From Phenylobacterium sp. (GTDB lineage: Bacteria; Pseudomonadota; Alphaproteobacteria; Caulobacterales; Caulobacteraceae), in the NCBI GenBank assembly GCA_050729355.1, contig JBOHKZ010000046.1, positions 1 through 38,370 of the forward strand: a stretch of 38,370 bases of DNA, given 5' to 3'. Below are positions 9,475 to 18,499 of the stretch, in pieces. Within the stretch, counting starts at the first letter, position 1. Each line of letters begins with the position of its first letter. A model generated the notes under the pieces. It saw only the letters and a program-made list of their open reading frames with translations, made no database searches and had not been told where the DNA came from. Position numbers and translations under genes: made by a program.

Positions 9475-10332
9475 GTGACCCAGCCCAACGCCGTCATCGA
9501 GATCAAGCCCGCGAACGGCCCAGCCGTCCGAATCGGCAATGCCGAGCGCCTTTCGATCATCGCCGGGCCCTGCCAGCTGGAAAGCCGGCAGCACGCGCTT
9601 GAGACCGCCCACGCCCTGAAGGAGATGGCGCGGCGGCTGAACGTCGGCCTGATCTACAAGACCTCATTCGACAAGGCGAACCGCACCTCGGTGAACACGC
9701 AGCGCGGCGTAGGGCTCACCGACGCCCTGCCGATCTTCGCGGAGATCCGCGAAGTCACCGGGCTTCCGACCCTGACCGACGTGCACGAGATCGAGCAGTG
9801 CGCCGAGGCCGCCCAGGCGGTCGATGTCCTGCAGATCCCCGCCTTCCTGTCGCGCCAGACCGACCTGCTGCTCGCCGCCGGCCGCACCGGCAAGGTGGTG
9901 AACGTCAAGAAGGGCCAGTTCCTAGCGCCTTGGGACATGAAGAACGTCGTCGACAAGGTGCTCTCGACCGGCAACCCCAACGTCATGGCCTGCGAGCGCG
10001 GTGTCTCGTTCGGCTACAACACGCTCGTCTCCGACATGCGCGCCTTGCCGATCATGGCCGAGATCGGTTGCCCCGTGGTCTTCGACGCCACCCACTCCGT
10101 GCAGCAGCCGGGCGGACAGGGCGCTACCTCCGGCGGCCAGCGGGAATTCGTGCCGGTGCTGGCCCGCGCCGCGGTGGCGGTGGGCGTGGCCTGCGTCTTC
10201 ATGGAGACCCATCCCGATCCCGACCACGCGCCGTCGGACGGTCCCAACATGGTGCCGATGAGCCAATTCGAAGCCCTGGTCGGCGAACTCCTGGAGTACG
10301 ATGCGCTGGCCAAGCGCCCGCGCGCGGCTTGA
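9475..10332 (+). CDS. kdsA: KDO-8-phosphate synthase
   Basis: [56 protein letters not shown] start inside ORF 7528..10332. Confidence 0.96.
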   Translation: MTQPNAVIEIKPANGPAVRIGNAERLSIIAGPCQLESRQHALETAHALKEMARRLNVGLIYKTSFDKANRTSVNTQRGVGLTDALPIFAEIREVTGLPTLTDVHEIEQCAEAAQAVDVLQIPAFLSRQTDLLLAAGRTGKVVNVKKGQFLAPWDMKNVVDKVLSTGNPNVMACERGVSFGYNTLVSDMRALPIMAEIGCPVVFDATHSVQQPGGQGATSGGQREFVPVLARAAVAVGVACVFMETHPDPDHAPSDGPNMVPMSQFEALVGELLEYDALAKRPRAA

Positions 10333-10366
10333 CCCCGCCCACGACGCGCCGCACAGGCTAACGCCC

Positions 10367-11839
10367 ATGGATCTTTCCGCGCTCCAGCACCTCTTAGGCC
10401 TGGCGCCTGGCCGGCGCGTCGCCTGCGTCGGCGACCTGATGGTCGATCGCTACGTCTATGGCGAGGTCAGCCGCGTCTCGCCGGAGGCGCCGGTGCCGGT
10501 GCTGGCGCGGTCGCGCGAGCTGATGATGCTGGGCGCGTCCGGCAATGTGGCGAGGAATGTCGCGGCGCTGGGCGGCGAGGTGTCGCTGGTGGGCCTGATC
10601 GGCGGCGACGCCGAGGGCCACGAGGCGCTGCGCCTGGTCGGCGAAGAGGCCGGCGTCGAGGGCTATCTGGTCACCGATGCGGATCGGCCGACCACGCTCA
10701 AGACCCGCTTCGTCTCCGGCGGCCAGCAGTTGCTGCGGGTGGACCTGGAGACCAACACGCCGGTCAGCGGCGACGTCGAGCAACGCCTGATTCGCACCAT
10801 CCGCGACGCGGCCAAGGGCGCGAGCGCGATCCTCTTGTCCGACTACGGCAAGGGGGTCGTCACCGAGGCGGTGATCGCGGTCTGCCGCGAGGCCGCGGCT
10901 GAGTCCGGCGGCATGCTGGTCGTCGACTCCAAGGCTCGCTCCTTCGCCCGCTATGGCCCCGTCGACCTGATCAAGCCCAACGCCGCCGAACTCGCCAACG
11001 CGACCGACATGCCCACCGAGTCGGACGCCCAGGTCGAGCGGGCGCTCATCCGTGCACTGCAACTCTGGGAGGCCAAGGCCATCCTGGTGACCCGCGCGTC
11101 CAAGGGCATTTCCCTGGCGGTGAGGGGCGAGGCCGTCCGTCACTTCCCGACCGCTGCGCGCGAGGTGTTCGACGCTTCGGGGGCCGGCGACACCACCTTG
11201 GCGGCCATTGGCCTGGCGCTGGCGGCGGAAGCCGACATTGAGGACGCCATCGCCTTCGCCCAGCTCGCGTCGGGCGTGGCGGTCGGCAAGATCGGCACCG
11301 CAACGGTGACGCCGGACGAACTGGTGGAGGCGGCGATCTCCGCCCACCTGGCGCCGGCCGAGGCCAAGGTCGCGACCGCGCACCGGATGGTCGAGGAGGT
11401 CGCCCGCTGGCGCGCGCGGGGCCTGCGCATCGGCTTTACGAACGGCTGCTTCGACATCCTGCACAAAGGCCATATCGCCTATCTGGCCCAGGCGCGGAGC
11501 TGGTGCGACCGGCTGATCGTCGGGCTGAACTCCGACGAGTCGGTCCACGCGCTGAAAGGCGAGGGGCGTCCGGTGAACGACCTGGAGTCCCGCGCCCTGG
11601 TGCTGGCGGGGCTGGGCGGCGTCGACTTGGTGGTGCCCTTCGAGGAGGCGACGCCCGTGAAACTGATCGAGGCGGCCCGACCCGACGTGCTGGTCAAGGG
11701 CGCCGACTATTCCGAGGACCAGGTGGTCGGTGGCGACCTGGTCAAATCCTGGGGCGGCGAGGTCAAGCTGGCGACGCTGGTCGACGGCTATTCGACCACC
11801 GCCGCCATCGCCCGGATGTCGAACAAGGCTTCCGCATGA
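10367..11839 (+). CDS. hldE: Bifunctional heptose 7-phosphate kinase / heptose 1-phosphate adenylyltransferase
   Basis: PfkB kinase domain (RVSPEAPVPV, SDYGKG, DASGAGDT) plus adenylyltransferase domain (FTNGCFDILHKGH, LVKGADY). Confidence 0.95.
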   Translation: MDLSALQHLLGLAPGRRVACVGDLMVDRYVYGEVSRVSPEAPVPVLARSRELMMLGASGNVARNVAALGGEVSLVGLIGGDAEGHEALRLVGEEAGVEGYLVTDADRPTTLKTRFVSGGQQLLRVDLETNTPVSGDVEQRLIRTIRDAAKGASAILLSDYGKGVVTEAVIAVCREAAAESGGMLVVDSKARSFARYGPVDLIKPNAAELANATDMPTESDAQVERALIRALQLWEAKAILVTRASKGISLAVRGEAVRHFPTAAREVFDASGAGDTTLAAIGLALAAEADIEDAIAFAQLASGVAVGKIGTATVTPDELVEAAISAHLAPAEAKVATAHRMVEEVARWRARGLRIGFTNGCFDILHKGHIAYLAQARSWCDRLIVGLNSDESVHALKGEGRPVNDLESRALVLAGLGGVDLVVPFEEATPVKLIEAARPDVLVKGADYSEDQVVGGDLVKSWGGEVKLATLVDGYSTTAAIARMSNKASA

Positions 11840-12840
11840 CCCAGCGCCGTATCGCCTTCGTCACCGGCGGGGCCGGCTTCATCGGCTCCAACATCGTCGC
11901 CAAGCTGGCGGAGGACCGCAGCCTCGACGTCGTGGTCTGCGATCGCCTTCGCGAGGCCGAGCTCGGCAAATGGAAGAACATCGCCAAGCACCCGATCGGC
12001 GACTTCGTGGCGCCGGAGGACATGTTCGAGTGGCTGGAGAAGCGATGGCGCGATGTCGAGATGGTGGTGCACATGGCCGCCGTCTCGACCACGACCGAGC
12101 CGAACGCCGACAAGATCGTCCACTCCAATTTCACCCTCAGCCGCGACCTCTTCCGCTGGTGCGCCGACCGGCAGCGGCGGCTGATCTACGCGTCTTCGGC
12201 GGCGACCTATGGCGACGGCGCGCACGGCTTCGACGACGACAACGACTATGAGGCGCTGGCGGCGCTGCGCCCGCTCAACACCTACGGCTGGTCGAAGGCG
12301 CTCTTCGACCTCTTCGCGGCCCGCCAGGCGCAGCGCGACTACGCGCCGCCTCAGTGGGTTGGGCTGAAGTTCTTCAACGTCTACGGGCCCAACGAAGAGC
12401 ACAAGCACGCCATGAAATCGGTGGCCTCGCAGATCTGGCCGCACGTGCGCGAGGGCCATGGGGTGCAGCTCTTCAAGAGCTACCGCGCCGACGTACCCGA
12501 TGGCGGCCAGAAGCGCGACTTCGTCTACGTCCGCGACGTCGCCGACGTCACCCAGTGGCTGCTCGAGAACGAGGGCGTGAACGGCATCTACAACCTGGGC
12601 TCCGGCGAGGCGCGCTCGTTCGAGGACATGGCCCGTGCGGTGTTCACCGCCGCCGGCAAGAACGCCCAGATCGACTACACCCCCATGCCGCCGGCCATCC
12701 GCGACAAGTACCAGTACTTCACCCAGGCCCGGATGGATCGGCTGCGGAGCGCCGGTTACACGAAGCCGCTGACGGCGCTGGAGGAGGGGATCGGCGACTA
12801 CGTCGGCCGCTATCTCAGTCAGCCGGACTCCTACCGCTAG
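11836..12840 (+). CDS. hldD: ADP-L-glycero-D-manno-heptose 6-epimerase
   Basis: VTGGAGFIGSNIV, YASSAATYG, PLNTYGWSK, FFNVYGPNEEHK, KYQYFTQA; ATGA overlap with hldE. Confidence 0.95.
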   Translation: MTQRRIAFVTGGAGFIGSNIVAKLAEDRSLDVVVCDRLREAELGKWKNIAKHPIGDFVAPEDMFEWLEKRWRDVEMVVHMAAVSTTTEPNADKIVHSNFTLSRDLFRWCADRQRRLIYASSAATYGDGAHGFDDDNDYEALAALRPLNTYGWSKALFDLFAARQAQRDYAPPQWVGLKFFNVYGPNEEHKHAMKSVASQIWPHVREGHGVQLFKSYRADVPDGGQKRDFVYVRDVADVTQWLLENEGVNGIYNLGSGEARSFEDMARAVFTAAGKNAQIDYTPMPPAIRDKYQYFTQARMDRLRSAGYTKPLTALEEGIGDYVGRYLSQPDSYR

Positions 12841-12842
12841 CC

Positions 12843-13940
12843 ATGGCGCCCGCCCCGCCGCGCCGGTGGCTGGCGCTCACCGTGCTCGGGGTGCTGATCT
12901 TCCTGGGTCTGGCGAGCGCGGTGTTCTGGGACGACGTGATGCGCACGGCGCTCGATCCCAAGGCGCCGTTCCAGACCTACAAGCCGCCGCCGGCCCCGAA
13001 CTATTCCCAGCGCAGCGCCTGGCACCTGATGCCGACCGCGCCCGAGGCCGCGACCTCCGACCAGCCACGGGCCGACGTCTTCTTTGTGGGTCCCACCACC
13101 TACAACGGCGGCAGGAACTGGAATGCGCCGGTGACCGCGGCCCTGGCCGGCGAGACCTTCGCGCGGGTCATGGCGCCCAACTACGCCGGGCCGTTCGTGC
13201 GGGTCGGCCGGATATTCGCGCCGAGGTACCGCCAGGCCAGCCTCTACACCCAGCTCACCCTGCGCGAGGACGCCCGGGAGGCCCGCAAGTTCGCCTATGG
13301 CGATGTCGCCAACGCCTTCGACTACTACCTGGCGCACGACAACGGCGGTCGCCCGTTCGTGATCGTGGGCGTCGAGCAGGGGGGTACGCTGGCGACGCGC
13401 CTGCTGGCCGAGAAGATCGCTCCCGACGAAGCCCTGCGCCAACGTCTCGCCGCGGCCTATCTGATCGCGACCGTGGTCCCCGCCGACCACCCGCCGATCC
13501 CTCCGTGCGTCCAGCGGGGCCAGACCGGCTGCCTCGCGGCCTGGACCTCCGTCTCGACCGACGAGAGCGACCGCGCCCAGGTGGCGCTCGATCGCGCCCT
13601 GGTGTGGAACGGAAACGAACTCGATAATCTGCGAGGCCGCCCGGCGCTCTGCTTCAATCCGCTGCTGGGGGCCACGACCAACGAATTCGCGCCGGCGCGG
13701 CTGCATCAGGGCGCGGCCAACGCGACCGGTCTTGAGTGGGGCGCGCGGCCGGCATTCCTCGGCCGGCAGGTCTCTGCGCAATGCAAGGGCGGCGTCCTGC
13801 TCGTCAGTCCGCCAAAGTCCGTCTCCCTCCAGCGGTCGGGCACATGGACGGATCGGCGCATGGTCCCCGGCTTCAACCTCTTCTATCTCGACCTGGAGAC
13901 CGACGCCCTGGCCCGGGTCTCGGCCTTGACCGGGCGCTGA
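12843..13940 (+). CDS. DUF3089 family membrane-anchored alpha/beta-hydrolase-fold protein
   Basis: N-terminal TM helix; APNYSQRSAW, ADVFFVGPTTY, IFAPRYRQAS, AYGDV..AF.YYL..DNGGRPF, CFNPL, FNLFY motifs. Confidence 0.8.
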   Translation: MAPAPPRRWLALTVLGVLIFLGLASAVFWDDVMRTALDPKAPFQTYKPPPAPNYSQRSAWHLMPTAPEAATSDQPRADVFFVGPTTYNGGRNWNAPVTAALAGETFARVMAPNYAGPFVRVGRIFAPRYRQASLYTQLTLREDAREARKFAYGDVANAFDYYLAHDNGGRPFVIVGVEQGGTLATRLLAEKIAPDEALRQRLAAAYLIATVVPADHPPIPPCVQRGQTGCLAAWTSVSTDESDRAQVALDRALVWNGNELDNLRGRPALCFNPLLGATTNEFAPARLHQGAANATGLEWGARPAFLGRQVSAQCKGGVLLVSPPKSVSLQRSGTWTDRRMVPGFNLFYLDLETDALARVSALTGR

Positions 13941-13983
13941 GGCTGGCGTCCTCGTAAGGCCAACAAGCACGAGGAGGCGCGCC

Positions 13984-14985
13984 ATGGCCGAAGCCAATCG
14001 TCAGATCGTCCTGGATCAGCTGCCGCAGGGCGCCAAGCTGGGCCCCGAGCATTTCCGGCTCTCCCAGGGCGAAGTCCCACAGCCCGGCGAAGGCGAGGTG
14101 CTGCTGCGTACGCGCTACATCTCGCTGGACGCCGCCAACCGCGCCTGGATGCAGGGCGCGACCTACCGCGCCGCGCTCAGCTCCGGCCAGGTGATGGCGG
14201 GCGGCGCCCTGGCCGAGGTCGTCGCTTCCAACGCCTCCCACCTGAAACCCGGCGACCTGGTGTTTGCCGACACCGGTTGGCAGGACTATGCCGTCCTGCC
14301 GGCCAAGCGCCTCCAGAAGCTGCCGGACATGGCGCCGGTGACCCATCTGATGAGCGTCTACGGTATCGCCGGCCTCACCGCCTATTTCGGCCTTCTGGAG
14401 TGCGGGCAACCCAAGGCCGGCGAGACCGTCGTGGTGTCGGCGGCCGCCGGATCGGTGGGCTCGATCGTGGGCCAGATCGCCAAGATCAAGGGATGCCGGG
14501 TGATCGGCGTCGCCGGCGGCGCGGAGAAGGGTCGTTGGCTGGTCGAGAAACTCGGGTTCGACGCGGTGCTGGACTACAAGGCCGGCGGCCTTCGCCAGCA
14601 GATGAAGGAAGCCGTCCCCGAAGGCATCGACGTCTATTTCGACAACACCGGCGGCGAGATCTTCGAGACCTGCCTCTTCGCCATGAAGAACTTCGGCCGG
14701 ATCGCCTGTTGCGGCGCCGTTTCGCAATACGACGGCGCGCCGCCGCCGCATGGGCCGCGCGGCATCCCCGGCCTGATCGTCACCAAGCGCCTGACGCTGC
14801 GCGGGTTCGTAGTGATGGATTTCGACGACCAGCGGGAGAAGGCGCTGGCCGATCTGCACGGCTGGGTCGCCTCGGGCCAACTCAAGGTCCAGGAAGACAT
14901 CATCGACGGCCTGGAGAACACGCCTGCGGCGCTCATCGGCCTCCTGGCCGGCGAGAACCGTGGCAAGCGGATGATCAGGGTCTAG
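13984..14985 (+). CDS. NADP-dependent oxidoreductase (prostaglandin-reductase/CurA-like MDR family)
   Basis: GLTAYFGLL, GETVVVSAAAGSVGSIVGQIAK, GIDVYFDNTGG, GENRGK. Confidence 0.92.
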   Translation: MAEANRQIVLDQLPQGAKLGPEHFRLSQGEVPQPGEGEVLLRTRYISLDAANRAWMQGATYRAALSSGQVMAGGALAEVVASNASHLKPGDLVFADTGWQDYAVLPAKRLQKLPDMAPVTHLMSVYGIAGLTAYFGLLECGQPKAGETVVVSAAAGSVGSIVGQIAKIKGCRVIGVAGGAEKGRWLVEKLGFDAVLDYKAGGLRQQMKEAVPEGIDVYFDNTGGEIFETCLFAMKNFGRIACCGAVSQYDGAPPPHGPRGIPGLIVTKRLTLRGFVVMDFDDQREKALADLHGWVASGQLKVQEDIIDGLENTPAALIGLLAGENRGKRMIRV

Positions 14986-16071
14986 ATGTCGTCATCGTCG
15001 TTCAGCGCCACCTACGCCGAGGCACGCGGCAAATTCCTCGAGGCCGCCGCCGGGGCGGGCGCCGAGCTTGCCGCGTGGACGCACCCCGAGCGCGGACCGA
15101 ACGGCGGCGAGCTCGCCACCGACGTTGCCTGGATCGGGCCGCCCGATGCGACGGCCGTGCTGGTGATGGTCTCCGGAACCCACGGGGTCGAGGGGCACTG
15201 CGGCTCCGGCGCCCAGGTCGACTGGCTTCGACGGGGCGAACAGGCCCGCCTGGCGGCCGGTCAGGCCGTGATGCTGGTGCACGCCATCAACCCCTACGGA
15301 TTCGCCTGGAGCCGGCGGGTCACCCACGAGAACGTCGACCTCAACCGCAACTTCGTCGACTTCGCCAAGCCCCTGCCGGAGAACCCCGGCTACGACGAAC
15401 TGGCCGAGGCCGTCGCGCCCGCGGAATGGACCGAGGAGAGCGGTCAGGCCTCGCGGGCCGCCTTCCTCGCCTACCTGCGCCAGCACAGCTACGCGGCCCT
15501 CGTCGAGGCCCTGTCGGGCGGCCAGTATCGCCACCCCGGCGGCGTCTACTACGGCGGCGCCGCGGAAACCTGGTCGCGACGTACGCTGACGTCGATCTTC
15601 GAGGAGCGTCTTGGCCAGGCGCGTCACGTGGGCGTGCTCGACTATCACACGGGCCTGGGGCCCGAAGGCTTCGGCGAGCAGATGGTCAGCGCCGCTCCGC
15701 ACACCGCCGAATACGCCCGCGCGATCGCCTGGTACGGCACGGCGGTCACCAGCATCGAGGGCGGGAACTCGTCGTCGGCGAAGCTGACCGGCGACTGGCT
15801 GGACGCCACGCCGGCGCTCCTCCCGCACGCGCAGGTGACGGGCATGGCGCTGGAGTATGGAACGGTCGACGGCGCCCAGGTCATGGAGGCCCTCCGCGCC
15901 GACAACTGGCTGCACCTGCATGGCGACCCGCTGTCGCCGCAGGGGCAGGCGATCGCGGCCGACACCCGCGCGGCCTTCTACATCGACACCGACATCTGGC
16001 GCGGGATGGTGCTGGGCCAGTCGCTGATCGCCACCCGCCAGGCGCTTGCTGGGTTGTCGCGCGCGGCCTAG
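14986..16071 (+). CDS. DUF2817 / M14-like zinc metallohydrolase
   Basis: SGTHGVEG (HxxE), HAINPYGFAW.RR, VDLNRNF, DYHTGLG. Confidence 0.85.
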   Translation: MSSSSFSATYAEARGKFLEAAAGAGAELAAWTHPERGPNGGELATDVAWIGPPDATAVLVMVSGTHGVEGHCGSGAQVDWLRRGEQARLAAGQAVMLVHAINPYGFAWSRRVTHENVDLNRNFVDFAKPLPENPGYDELAEAVAPAEWTEESGQASRAAFLAYLRQHSYAALVEALSGGQYRHPGGVYYGGAAETWSRRTLTSIFEERLGQARHVGVLDYHTGLGPEGFGEQMVSAAPHTAEYARAIAWYGTAVTSIEGGNSSSAKLTGDWLDATPALLPHAQVTGMALEYGTVDGAQVMEALRADNWLHLHGDPLSPQGQAIAADTRAAFYIDTDIWRGMVLGQSLIATRQALAGLSRAA

Positions 16072-18146
16072 CCCGCGTCCCGCAGGCCCAGGCCCGCCTT
16101 CCAGTCGAAGAGTTCCTGCAGGACCTGCAGCGCCTTGCCGCGTTCGGAGGTCAGGTCGGGGTCACGGCCGATGATCAGGCGCGCGTCATCACCGGCCGCG
16201 GCGATCAGGTCGCGGTGCGGCCCCGCGACATCGGCGAAGACATAGTCGGGAAAGCCGGACTGCTTGAGGCCGAGCGCATCGCCGCCGCCGCGCAGCTCCA
16301 GGTCGGTCTCGGCGATCAGGAAGCCGTCGTCGGTGCGCCGCAGGATATCCAGCCGCTTCTGGGCGGTCTCCGAAAGCGGCGGGTCGTAGAGCAGCACGCA
16401 GGAACTCTCCCGCCGCCCGCGCCCCACCCGGCCGCGCAGCTGGTGCAATTGGGCCAGGCCAAAGCGTTCGGCCTGTTCGATGACCATGATGGTGGCGTTG
16501 GGCACGTTGACGCCGACTTCCACGACCGTGGTGGCGACCAGCACCGAAAGCCGGCCGTCGGCGAACTCGGCCATCACCGCGTCCTTGGCGGCCGGCGCCA
16601 TCTTGCCGTGGATCAGGCCGACGCTGGGGCCGATGGTCTCCTTCAGCTCGGCGGCGCGGGTCTCGGCAGCTTTCAGGTCGATCAACTCGCTGTCCGAGAC
16701 CAGGGGGCAGATCCAGAAGGCCTGCGCGCCGGCCTTCACTGCGTCGCGCAGGCGCGCCTCGACCTCGATGATCCGGGTCATCGGGGCGGCGCGCGTGGCC
16801 ACGGGCGTGCGGCCGGGCGGCTTCTCGTCGATTCGCGAGACGTCGAGGTCGCCGTAGAGCGTGAGCTCCAGTGTGCGCGGGATCGGCGTGGCGGACATGG
16901 CGAGCAGGTGGGTCGCCCAGCCCTTGGTCTGCAGGCGCTGGCGCTCGCTGACCCCGAACCGGTGTTGCTCGTCCACGACGGCGAGCTGGAGCTGGTGGAA
17001 GGCCACGTCATCCTGGAAGAGGGCGTGTGTGCCCACCGCCACCTTCACCGCGCCGGAGGCGAGCGCGCGGAGCTTGTCCGCCCGCGCCGCGCCCTTGTCG
17101 CGGCCAGTAAGCAGGACGACCCCGATGCCGTGGGCGGTGAGGGGGCCCTCGATCGTCTCGAAGTGCTGGCGGGCCAGGATTTCGGTCGGCGCCATCAGCG
17201 CGCTCTGCCCGCCGCCGGCCGCGACGTCGGCCATGGCGCACATGGCCACCACCGTCTTGCCGGACCCGACGTCGCCCTGGATCAGCCGGCTCATCCGTTC
17301 GCCGGCGGCGAGGTCGGCGCGGATCTCATGCAGCGACCGTGATTGGGCGCCCGTGAAATCGAACGGCAGGTCGGCGCGGATCTGCTCGGCGATGGCCCCG
17401 GCGGCGATCCTGGCGGCCGGCTCCTTGCGCCGCTCGGCCTTGCGCTGGGCCATGGCCAGTTGCTGGGCCAGCAGTTCGTCATAGGCGAGACGCCGGATAT
17501 GCGGGCTGAGCGGCGAGAGGTCGACGTCGGTTTGCGGCTCGTGCAGGCGCGCCAGAGCTTCGCGCCAGGTCGGGAACTTCTCTCGCACACGCCAGGCGTC
17601 GTCCTGCCACTCCGGCAGCTCCGGCGCCCGCTCCAGGGCCTCGCAGGCGAACTTGCGGACCGTGCGGGGCGGAAGCCCTTGGGTCGCCGGATAGATTGGC
17701 TCGATGTCGGGGATCTCGTCGGCCTTGTCGGCGGCGACCATGTAGTCCGGATGGACTATCTGCCATTCGTCGCGAAACTGCTCGACCTTGCCGGAGACGA
17801 TGCGCCGGGAATTGGGCGGGTGGCGCTGGGCCAGGCTCGCGCCGAAGCTGCCGAAGAACACCAGGCTGATGAAGCCGGTCTGGTCCAGGGCCCGGATGCG
17901 CCAGGGCTGGTTGGGCCCGCGGGGCCTCTCCGTTTCGCCGATCGTCACCTCGAACGTCATCACCTGACCGTCGATCGCCGCCGAGACGGTGGCGGGTGTG
18001 CGCCGCACGATCGAATGCGGCTTCAGGAACGCCACGTCGCGCACCACCGGACCCGCCAGCTTTTCCAGCAGCGGCGCCACGCGCGGACCCACCCCCTTCA
18101 GCGAGGTGATGGGCGCAAAGAAGGGGAACAGAATCTCGGGCCGCAT
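16068..18146 (-). CDS. recG: ATP-dependent DNA helicase RecG
   Basis: OB wedge domain, [39 protein letters not shown] motif. Confidence 0.97.
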   Translation of the reverse strand: MRPEILFPFFAPITSLKGVGPRVAPLLEKLAGPVVRDVAFLKPHSIVRRTPATVSAAIDGQVMTFEVTIGETERPRGPNQPWRIRALDQTGFISLVFFGSFGASLAQRHPPNSRRIVSGKVEQFRDEWQIVHPDYMVAADKADEIPDIEPIYPATQGLPPRTVRKFACEALERAPELPEWQDDAWRVREKFPTWREALARLHEPQTDVDLSPLSPHIRRLAYDELLAQQLAMAQRKAERRKEPAARIAAGAIAEQIRADLPFDFTGAQSRSLHEIRADLAAGERMSRLIQGDVGSGKTVVAMCAMADVAAGGGQSALMAPTEILARQHFETIEGPLTAHGIGVVLLTGRDKGAARADKLRALASGAVKVAVGTHALFQDDVAFHQLQLAVVDEQHRFGVSERQRLQTKGWATHLLAMSATPIPRTLELTLYGDLDVSRIDEKPPGRTPVATRAAPMTRIIEVEARLRDAVKAGAQAFWICPLVSDSELIDLKAAETRAAELKETIGPSVGLIHGKMAPAAKDAVMAEFADGRLSVLVATTVVEVGVNVPNATIMVIEQAERFGLAQLHQLRGRVGRGRRESSCVLLYDPPLSETAQKRLDILRRTDDGFLIAETDLELRGGGDALGLKQSGFPDYVFADVAGPHRDLIAAAGDDARLIIGRDPDLTSERGKALQVLQELFDWKAGLGLRDAG

Positions 18147-18152
18147 TCTTGG

Positions 18153-18160
18153 AGCATAGC
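18153..18160 (-). promoter_or_regulatory. Putative -10 element for a leaderless recG mRNA
   Basis: Minus strand reads GC-TATGCT-ccaaga-ATG; no SD present. Confidence 0.45.
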
Positions 18161-18205
18161 CGACTGGCGCTGACGCGATGCGCCCTCTATATCCGCGACC
18201 TCCTG

Positions 18206-18499
18206 ATGACGATCGCAGACGATGTTCGGCTGAAGAAGCTGAAGTTCCGGGCGTGGCGCCGGGGCTTCCGGGAAGCGGACCTCATTCTGGGGCCGTTCGC
18301 GGACAAGCACGTCTCGACGTTCACGACGGCCGAACTCGACTGGTTCGAGGTGCTGCTCGATCAGGCCGACCAGGATGTCTATGCCTGGATCGTCGGCACA
18401 CTGCCGACGCCCGCCGAATTCGATTGCGAGATCATGAACCGGATCAAGGCGTTCCGGTTTGAAGTTCATGCCGCCAGGGGTGACGATCGTGGCGGCTGA
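18206..18499 (+). CDS. sdhE: Succinate dehydrogenase flavinylation factor (SdhE/SDHAF2)
   Basis: RLKKLKFRAWRRGFREADLILGPFA (RGxxE motif); usual position between recG and mfd. Confidence 0.93.
   Translation: MTIADDVRLKKLKFRAWRRGFREADLILGPFADKHVSTFTTAELDWFEVLLDQADQDVYAWIVGTLPTPAEFDCEIMNRIKAFRFEVHAARGDDRGG

Noticed and set aside
14277..17342. 1021-aa ORF, and other long overlapping ORFs such as 19505..21883 and 19962..22163
   Set aside because: Arg/Gly/Pro-rich off-frame or antisense shadows of real genes, expected in high-GC DNA; no domain motifs.
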